Assembly: GCF_037042905.1 (NCBI RefSeq)
Contig: NC_087252.1
Coordinates: forward strand, 16,866,001 to 16,930,000
Length of the DNA stretch: 64,000 bases
Origin: Lytechinus pictus
Taxonomy: Eukaryota
Direction: 5' to 3'
Translations under genes and position numbers: made by a program
Shown here: positions 55,711-64,000 of the stretch, in pieces
Numbering within the stretch: position 1 is the first letter of the stretch
Layout: every line of letters starts with the position of its first letter
Notes under the pieces: model-generated
What the model saw: only the letters and a program-made list of their open reading frames with translations
Told to the model about the DNA's origin: nothing
Database searches by the model: none

Positions 55711-56610
55711 CGCGAAATGATATTCGAGCTAGGGAAGCCAAATTGAGTTCGAAGGGATGCCTAAATGATGTTCGAACTGGGCGCCAATTTGATGTTCCAA
55801 CTGGGGGCGCCAAATTGATGTTCGACCTAGGGAGGCCAAATAGATGTTCGACGTAGGGGCGGGGGGGGGGGGGGGGTTGCGCCGAATTGATGTTCGATGT
55901 AGGGGCGCAAAATGTATGTTCGACATCGGGGGGCGCCGATCGAATGTTCGAACTAGGGGCACCAATTTGATGTTCGAACTAGAGGGCGCCGAATTGCTAT
56001 TCGAACTTGGGGCGCCAAATTGATGTTCAAACGAGGGGGGCGCCAAATTGATGTTAGAACTAGGCGGCGCCAAAATGACGTTCGAACTATGGGGCGCCGA
56101 ATTGATGTTTGAACAAGGGGGTTGCGCCGAATTGATGTTCGACGTAGGGGCGCAAAATTTATGTTCGACATCGGGGGGCGCCGATTGAATGTTCGAACTA
56201 GGGGCACCAATTTGATGTTCGAACTAGGGGGCGCCGAATTGCTATTCGAACTTGGGGCGCCGAATTGATGTTCGAACGAGGGGGGCGCCAAATTGATGTT
56301 CGACATCGGGGGCGCCGATTGAATGTTCGAACTAGGGGCACCAATTTGATGTTCGAACTAGGGGGCGCCGAATTGCTATTCGAACTAGGGGAGCGCCGAA
56401 TTGATGTCCAATCTAGCGGGGCGCCAAATTGATGTTCAAACTAGGGGAGCGCTAATTTGATGTTTGACCATAAGGCGACAAATACATATTTCAGAAGGGG
56501 AAGGGCAAAGTGATATTTCACATGGCGCTAAATTCATGTTCAACCGAGGGCGCCAAATGGACCTTGAACTTAGGGGGCTCCATGCAATTTCATGTTCGAC
56601 CGGGGGCGCA
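55711..56610. repeat. GC-rich minisatellite, ~26-28 bp unit (ggcgccaaattgatgttcgaactaggg)
   Basis: About 30 head-to-tail degenerate copies, with a ~245 bp block at ~55873 repeated at ~56118. Confidence 0.9.
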
Positions 56611-56639
56611 ACATTGCTCGTATTGCCTGTTTATAGTGA

Positions 56640-59600
56640 AATTTATTTCCTGCCCAAAAAGGTTAAATTAATGCAGCTGAATTAAAATATCCCGTTTTTA
56701 CGATAATAGACAAAAATAAATGTGCTCGAGTTTGAAGTTTGTTTGGCGAGATAGGTATCCTGTTCAGGATCAGAAAAGGGGTTAATATCAAATTCAGCTG
56801 GCGCTACGCGCTCGCAATATTTGATTAGTGAGGTGTGTATCCTCTCCATCGATCACACGTACAAAAGTCCTTAAAATGTTAGTGTTTTTCAAGTCAATAT
56901 ACATAGGCCGATCCAGGGGGCAAAGTTTTTGCCCCCCCCCCCCCCCCCATGGTGGCGTAAAAAGAAGGAAATAAAAAAAAAAGACGAAGAGAAAAAGGAA
57001 AAACCTTTAGAATAGGAATTTTACCTTAAAAGAGTCCTTCTTAAGTCAGTATAAAAATAAATTGAGCGCGCGCTACGCGCGCGCATCACTGTTTAGTTAT
57101 ATACGCATCCCGACCTCAGTTTTTTTTTTTTATGCGAACGAGAAGCACAAGCTGAAAATATTTCACATTCTAATCTAACGAATGAAAATGTCCTTTTCAT
57201 TTTATCATTAAAAAAATTTTCAGCTAGCGCTTCGCGCTCGCATTCATTTCTTAAAGGACAAGTCCACCCCCAAAAAAATGTTGATTTGAATGAATAGGGA
57301 AAAGTCAAACAAGCATTATGCTGAAAATATCATCAAAATCGGATGTAAAATAAGAAAATTATGACATTTTAAAATTTTGCTTATTTTTCACAAAACAGTG
57401 ATATGCACAACTCAGTGACATGCAAATGAGACAGTCGATGATGTCCCTCACTCACTAATTCCTTTGTTTTTTATTGTTAGAATTATACAATATTTCATTT
57501 TTTACAGATTTTACAATATGGACCAACTTGATTAAACCATTTAGTATTAAACAATGCTAATTGCTCATGTTCAGGGAGAAATTAATCGTTGTTTCACACG
57601 ACAACGGAGAAAAATGGAATATTTCATATTTCATATACTAAAATACAAAAAGAAGTAGTTAGTGAGTGATGTCATCAGTCTCCTCATTTGCATACCGACA
57701 AGGATGTGAATATAACTGGTTTGTGAAATTAAGCAAAACTTTAAAATGTTGTAGGCCTACCTATTATCTTTGTGTTTTTCATATAAGATTATCAAAATAT
57801 TCCTTTTCAGGTGCCTCGATTGCACGTGCCCCCCCCCCCCATCGGCTGCCCCCCCCCCCCAAAAAAAAAAAAAAAAAAAAAAAAAAACGGGGAAAAGGAG
57901 AAAAAGAGGGAGAAAAGAAGAGAAACGTAATGGGGAAAGAAGAAATTATTGTTTATTATAATGTTATATTATATCATAATAATGTTACATAAGAAGCATT
58001 TTTTTCATGGCTTTATGTAACAGTTTGCTCAGGGCCTATGTCTTCATTGTTCCTGGTGCTCGCATAGACTGTTTAACGAGATGTATAATCCTGTTGTACT
58101 AAAACATCCCGTTTTCAAATCAATATACACCAAATATATTTCCTCGCAATTCGAGTTATTATTGTTTTATGTAGTGACATTTGCTTCTTTTTCATGACTA
58201 CTTAAAGTGATTGCCCAATTTTAAGGTCTTAATATAAAACATTTCCTGTCCGTGCTAACGTTTGCATTAGTTGATTGGTGAGATGTCTGCTCTTCATGAA
58301 TTCCTAAAATCAGTCCTTAAAATGTCAATTTTTCTGATCTGAATATTAAAAATTTTCAGCTCGCGCTTCGCGCTCGCATCATTTGGTTAGTGAAATACGT
58401 AAGGACTTAGTGAATTCCTATAAACAAGCCTTAGAATGCCCCTCTTCAGGTCTGAATTTCATAAATTTTCAGCTCGCGCTTCGCGCTCGCAGTATTTGAT
58501 TAGTGAGATGCATATGATAATCATGATTACAATGACTACAAAAAGTGCTTCATATGTTTAGATGTAATTCTAACAAAATCAGCAAAGGATGGCACTATCA
58601 TTAGATGACTATGCTGAGATATTTATACTCTTAATGGATACCTTAAAATATAGTCCTTAAAATGTCCCTGTTTGGGGTCAATATATACAAAAATTTCAGC
58701 TCGCGCTTCGCGCTCGCATTTTTTGTTTAGCGAGACAGGTACGTATCACGATTACAAAAAAAATTGCTTATAATGTCCCTTTTAGGTCTGAATATCATAA
58801 ATTTTCAGCTCGCATTATTTAATCAGTGAGATACTTATCCGTTTAATGGCATTGCATATCTTTAAATTTCTCTATTAGGTCAGTATACCTGGCAACTGAG
58901 TGCGCTCCCGAAGTGACACCAAATTTGTGGTGGTGCCCCCCCCCTCCCAATGCCGTGATCCACGGTACGCCACTGTACCTATATATTCTATAACAAACTA
59001 CTTGAATTCCCCCCATTAAAAAATTTCGGATCGCGATTTGCGCTCGCATTATTTGCTATAATTGTATCAACCCATGAATCCTGTTCATGATTACAAAAAA
59101 TATAAAATATCTAGTTTTTCAGGCCTCATGCACTGTCAACAAATTTCACGCACTCATTAGGCTTATTAGATTAATAAATATGAAACAAAAATGTTTATGA
59201 ATTCATAACTAAATTGTCCCTTTTTCAGAAAAAAATATCGACAAGTTTTAGGAAGAGGAATAGAAGATAGGCATCATTTTTATATAATGACAAAATGTCC
59301 TTAGGCCTAAAATGTCTCCACCCTAGTTTAAAATAATAATAAAATATCAGCTCGCGCTTCGCGCTCGCATCATTTATTAAGTGCTTTCCACATCAACTTC
59401 ACAATTCCCCTATATACACAGTGCTTTAAATATTGCTTAAATTGACCCATTTCATATCGGAATTTCAAATATCATTTCCAGCTCGCGATCCGCGCTCGCA
59501 TTATTGATTTTCATGATGAAAAATGAAATGTATTCAGAATGCCCAGATTCTGCCTAACTCTAAAACACGTGCACGCATGTTTATTGAGATACGCATCTTG

Positions 59601-60870
59601 ATCTTATTCAAAACGTGCTAAAATTATCCAGTTTCAGATCAGAATATCAAAAATTTTCTGCTCGCGCTTTGCGCTCGCATTATTAATGTAGGAAGATACA
59701 AAAAACTACCCATCATTTTTCATAAGTGACAAAACATGAATCGAGTGTCCCGTTGGGGGTTTGAAATCAATTTTTTTAGGTTGGAATATCAAAAATGTTC
59801 AGCTCGCGCTTCGCGCTCGCATTATTCATTCGTTGAAATATGTATCGTATTAATGGCTAACTGCAAAACTTCCTTAACAGGTCCCTTTTCGACCAGGCCA
59901 GAACGCACATTAAACATTTCTGCTCGCGCTTCGCGCTAGTAGTGATTATCTAGTTACATACGCATCTTGTTCAGGTTCACAAACATTGCCCAGAATGTTC
60001 AATTTTCAGGTCGAAATACATGAAATTTAATTATTTTTTATCTCGCATAGGGCTTATGAGATTATTGCACATTAAGCTAGGAAATGACTGTTAGGACATG
60101 GGCGTTTTGCCCCCCCCCCCAAAAAAAAAAAAATAAATAAAATAAAATAAAAATCACGACCAAGAAAAAAAGAGAGAAAAGGAAAGGGATTATGGTGAAA
60201 TATAATATTATTTTCCAAATATTATGTCAAATATATCGCGCTTCGCGTTATCATTATTTATTTAGGCATTGTGAGATACCTCAATGTGTTTTTAAGAATA
60301 AAATATCGGAATTTCTTTAACTTCTACCCCCCATTTTATTTTATATTTTATCTTGGTGCCCTCTACAAATGTTCAACAAGCCCCCCCCCCCCGTGCAACC
60401 CTGCTGAATAAATCAGTTTCGCCACTGATGAGGAGATTGAGTCGATTGCTTCGAGATTGCATTATTCCCAAGAGGTTATCATTGATATTATTGAAGGCTA
60501 TTCTAAACAACTAATAAAGAAACTACAGCTCCCGTTCACACATTATTCTAGTATGGCCTACTCTGGTGAGAAGTTAAACTAAATTGAGACCCCAAAAAAA
60601 TCGCTCGCGCTTCGCGCTCCCATTGATATTACATTATATATTCATGGATTTTTTTTTCAAGAACACATTAAAAAAGTGGTCTTTAATTGCCTTTTTTTTA
60701 ATGTGATTATGTAATAAGATAATTCGAAATACATTTAAGGCATTTAAGTTACATTTAAGTTAGCCTGGCCGGGAGGGAGGGGGCGCCATTTTTCGAAAAG
60801 TACACATAGGCGCCAAAAATCAGGTCAAATTTGGGCCCCCCTCCCCACGAAATCTTGGATCCGCGCCTGT
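56640..60870. repeat. Nested non-autonomous elements with a recurrent aaattttcagctcgcgcttcgcgctcgca motif and poly-C/poly-A tracts
   Basis: The motif or a variant occurs at ~56797, 57224, 58358, 58471, 58698, 59350, 59481, 59660, 59802, 59922 and 60603. Terminus-like motifs are ggccgatccagggggc (56906), ggtacgccactg (58964), tttcgccactg (60417) and ggatccgcgcctg (60857). Confidence 0.7.
57255..57753. mobile_element. TTAA-targeting palindromic MITE (Kolobok-like), right end truncated
   Basis: It starts ttaa|aggacaagtccacccc. 57363-57457 pairs with 57660-57750 (atgcaaatgag / ctcatttgcat; tcactcacta / tagtgagtga). The matching outer right arm is missing. Confidence 0.7.
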
Positions 60871-60970
60871 GTGTGGGTGTGTGTATTTGAGTTTTGTCAG
60901 ACGTGTATCAATCAGATATGATTATTTACGTCTGGGACCGACCTTCAACGTCACCATCCGAAAGACGTGA
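60870..60970 (-). mobile_element. 3' fragment of a SINE (Meta-domain-like) with CA-rich tail
   Basis: The minus strand reads tttcggatggtgacgttgaaggtcggtcccagacg...acacacacccacaca, which resembles the recalled MetaSINE core. Confidence 0.5.
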
Positions 60971-61474
60971 AGTGAAGGATGCTAAGCGAGCGCGGGGTAC
61001 TTATGGTGAGAATGCGGACGTCGGGTGGATTGGTGGCGGGTCGGGTTGTCTGTGAAGTTCCTTGGTGTATGTTTGGTAGGCGTGGGCGGATATTATAGCG
61101 GTATCGTTGTGTCGGCGGTGCGGCGATATCAGGTGTGGGAGATGCGACGGCTTGGGTTGTGAGTGGTGTGGTGGGCTTGGTCGTCGGAGGAGCGGCAGGC
61201 TTGGTTGTCGGCGGAGCGGCGGGCAGGTTGTCGGCGGTAGTGAAGCATGGGTGGATGAAAAAGGATTGGTGCCTTGGTGAAGGATTGGGTGCCAGATGTT
61301 GTTAAGGTGAAGTCCAGTGTCCTGGGGTACTGTGTCGTGTCGCTGTATCTCAATGGCTTCCCTGACTCGTCTTGTATGCTAATGCTTGATGTTGGTAATG
61401 AGTTTGCTGTTAGCCCAGTCAATACAGTTATCTTCTTGTTGTGCGTGCTTAACGATGGCTGACTTGTCCCAGTC
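60971..61474 (-). pseudogene. Penelope-like retroelement 3' fragment (C-terminal half of the GIY-YIG endonuclease)
   Basis: Manual minus-strand translation from 61468 gives DKSAIVKHAQQEDNCIDWANSKLITNIKH*HTRRVREAIEIQRHDTVPQDTGLHLNNIWHPIL. This fits the Penelope SAxxxH...IDW...RxxREAIEI...DxG..L..IW pattern. One in-frame TAG hides it from the ORF track. Confidence 0.85.
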
Positions 61475-61479
61475 TTTAT

Positions 61480-61588
61480 TACGTTACGTACGTAACGTGC
61501 CCTATCTTGAATAAGACATCCTTTTTAGGTGTTTTTGGGGTCGCGCATGGTATCCACTCGTCAATGTAAGTGACCCCTCTCCCCCGGG
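61480..61588. mobile_element. Orphan right end of the same MITE family as 61885-62179
   Basis: ggtcgcgcatggtatccactcgtcaatg...cccccggg matches the TIR at 62139-62179. Confidence 0.7.
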
Positions 61589-61884
61589 ATAATGCAGTAC
61601 TTTGACATTAGCCATCGCGGCGACATTCCCGACCTTTCGCTGGAGAACGCGAACGCTTATTTACGACGATAGTTGCTTTTGGAAGAGACTTTTGGTCCCG
61701 CTGTAAATGACTGTCCTGCAATTTAAATTACGTTACATGAGGATTTTGTTTAGCTTTCGCATATGCAACGGAAACATCAATCTGCGGTTCGTGTGCAAAA
61801 TAATATCGCAACAGCGACAAATAGGATTAAGGACGACTTTCCAGAGCCACATTTGGTTCCTCCCAGAGCTCGAGGGGCCGCCAT

Positions 61885-62179
61885 GGGGGCCCACTTCCAT
61901 TGACGAGTGGATACCAGGCGCGACCACGCGTCAAAAGGGAAAGAGTGGGTAAGTACGTTACGTATAGTCCTATATGTAACGTTATACGTGTGTCAAAAAC
62001 GATGTTTAAAATACTGAAAAAAGGGATACATTTCCGATAACTGTAGGGTTTCACAGGCCAAATACTTGTTAAGGGATGCATTTTCATAATCTGGAAAAGA
62101 CTTGCTTCCCGTGTTTAGAATGCTTTTCGAAACCCCATGGTCGCGCCTGGTATCCACTCGTCAATGAAAATGGTTCCCC
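61885..62179. mobile_element. MITE with ~40 bp TIRs
   Basis: cattgacgagtggataccaggcgcgacca (61898-61926) is the exact reverse complement of tggtcgcgcctggtatccactcgtcaatg (62138-62166). Confidence 0.8.
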
Positions 62180-62743
62180 TGAAAATTTGAATCTAATCAC
62201 CCATTTCGGGGGAACGTAAAACATAATGCCCATTACATTGTGTGCTAGATGTACATCGTTTGTGTAGGAGGAGCAGGAAAAAGAAAAAAAACCCGCAAAT
62301 TCGGATGGTGTTCAGACACGGATATGCATATTGCATATGCTGTGTACATATTAACGCATGCGAAATGGTTTCGGCTGGAGAGGTGATCTGACCCATGAAA
62401 TAAATTGCCATTGATCCACTTATAATCCACATTAGATGCAATATCGATTCGATAGACTATTATGATCTATATCTAAGCTTTAATTCAGTAAGTTTTTCCT
62501 CACTCAATAAGTACTCGATTTCTTTGAAAAACCACTTTTTTATCCATGTCATAATGTATTGTAGGCCCAGCATTTCGAATATCTCCAGCAAGCTGTCATA
62601 TGTAGAGGCTCACCACCGGCTCAGGGGTGGGGGGTCATACGCTGATGACCAGTCGTACATGCATGGAAGCGGGATTTAATCTCGCAGCATGGTGCGGGTG
62701 TCGCGCGAAAGAATTTTGCGCACGATCGAAAAGCAGATCTATA

Positions 62744-62874
62744 GGGCCAGTAACACAAAGCTTAGCAATGATTGTAGAGTAGTTTTCCACGTTTGATTCT
62801 ATTGACTATAATGTACAATCAATCTTAAAAATCGAGTCTATGATTAATCCGTTAACTTTTGTGTTACTTGACCC
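62744..62874. mobile_element. Short palindromic MITE (PIF/Harbinger-like GGG...CCC ends)
   Basis: gggccagtaacacaaagcttagc pairs imperfectly with gttaacttttgtgttacttgaccc, flanked by ta on both sides. Confidence 0.6.
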
Positions 62875-62895
62875 TAATGTCGCGGTCCAGAAGCA

Positions 62896-63172
62896 TTAGC
62901 GGCGGAAGCCAAAAAATTAGGGGGGTCCACCAGAAATTTTGTGATGGACACAGGTTCAAAAATTTGACAAGCAAAAAAAAAAAAAAAAAAAAAAAAGGTT
63001 ATCAACCAAAATATTAGGGGGTGACCAGAAACATTTTAGGGAGGTCCACCTGAATTTAGGGGGGGGGGATGCAGGAAACCAAAAATTATCAACAAAAAAT
63101 AGAGGGGGGCCGTCCCACCACCTCAAATTTAGGGGGGACCTGTCCCACCGCCCCCCCCCCCCCCCCGCTTTG
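62896..63172. mobile_element. Non-autonomous element fragment with G/C-run subterminal repeats
   Basis: It starts agcggcggaagcc, carries repeated aaa(t)ttagggggg units and a poly-A tract, and has a terminal poly-C followed by gctt. Confidence 0.45.
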
Positions 63173-64000
63173 CGAAAACTCGCAATTATCGGTTGTAACA
63201 GGGCCTTTTGTTAGCGCAGTGTTAGAGCAATGTTACGCTAGCAGCGTTTCTGTGCGGCCGATACGGGTGACTAAAATAGTACACCAATGAGCACTCTAGA
63301 AGGTATTTGTTGCATTTCTACTTTGAATGCACTAGTTTCAGGATCATACCTGGGTTTTTGCTTACCTAAAGATTTGGTCACCAATCACCCCAAATCACAT
63401 AAACAACCTCACATACCCAAAGCATCCTTTTTTAATGTGAAGAGAGCTATGATGTAGTCAAATTACACATAAGTAATTGCACTGCACAATGATCATTCCG
63501 GTTTAATGTTGTTTATTAAAACTATATCATTTCGCTCCAAATGCGATTCATTTCCATGGAAATTTCAACAATGAATATAACATAAGTTCACATATAAATG
63601 ATATTGACTTTTAAAAGATATAAAAAAAAATAAGTATGATTTTATCAATTTAGAATTTCAGTTTTGGAATAAAAAAAAAATTATCAGTAATGGATGGGAG
63701 TAATAATAATTTGTCCGGACAATATTAAGGGTTTATTAAATTAAAGGACTTCCCTAATTAATCATGGATGCAGTCCATATGATGTCGATGAAAAAATGAC
63801 ACGTTGACTGGAATAGCGGTTATCCGATGACCTTGACGACCGATGACGTAGAATGACGTGTGTCGAGGGTTATCGGAGATCCACGAAGTCTTTCGAAGAA
63901 TGGCGTCATCTTAGTCTAGGCGCTTTCGACGTGTCGCATGACGTCGAGAAGAAACTAAGCAGAACTTGGGTTGAATACTCAGGATATGACATCTTGGTTC

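Larger units (their letters stand above)
48391..55720 (+). mobile_element. Decayed two-gene DNA transposon (chromo-barrel protein plus RAG1/Transib/Chapaev-type transposase); boundaries approximate
   Basis: A unique block starts abruptly where the satellite stops in mid-monomer. It contains two co-oriented disrupted ORFs and has CpG-rich ends. No convincing TIR or TSD was found. Confidence 0.7.

Noticed and set aside
48385..55718. 7-bp inverted match ATTTCGC / GCGAAAT at the two apparent ends as a TIR
   Set aside because: It is too short and has no TSD. Both heptamers are largely explained by the adjacent repeats (the satellite ...gtttcg and the first minisatellite unit).
55711..56610. CRISPR-like ~27 bp partly palindromic repeats
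   Set aside because: The units are contiguous with no unique spacers, there are no cas genes, and the context is eukaryotic.
3952..56629. 12-bp inverted match CAGGCAATACGA / TCGTATTGCCTG suggesting a giant 52 kb element
   Set aside because: The left copy lies inside the right arm of the 1612-3990 foldback, which already has its partner at ~1626-1647. The match does not extend.
57666..57992. Pro/Lys-rich ORF
   Set aside because: It is a translation of poly-C and poly-A tracts in a non-autonomous repeat.
63760..64000. GC/CpG-richer stretch at the window end, possibly coding
   Set aside because: The frames I translated all contain stops and the sequence is truncated by the window edge, so no call is possible.

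Overview
AT-rich, repeat-dense animal genomic DNA. The interspersed repeats resemble those of sea urchins (inference from recalled repeat motifs). I see no intact host gene, RNA gene or CRISPR array. (1) 1-5115: a nest of non-autonomous DNA-transposon pieces, including a ~2.4 kb foldback element and a CAC...GTG MITE. (2) ~5116-48390: a ~43 kb macrosatellite with 39 copies of a marker motif and monomers of ~1.0-1.25 kb. Each monomer holds a SINE-like remnant and a complex (CTA)n tract, and 17 monomers also hold a hairpin MITE. The array shows dimer, tetramer and octamer higher-order structure, with one variant at both edges and another in the centre. (3) ~48390-55720: a decayed two-gene DNA transposon. 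It encodes a chromo-barrel (Tudor-knot-like) protein followed by a RAG1/Transib/Chapaev-type DDE transposase with a C-terminal CCHC knuckle. This pairing of a putative chromatin reader with a RAG1-like transposase is the most interesting feature. (4) 55720-64000: a GC-rich minisatellite, nested MITEs, a SINE fragment and a Penelope GIY-YIG fragment. The many poly-Thr/Leu/Tyr/Val ORFs are microsatellite artefacts.
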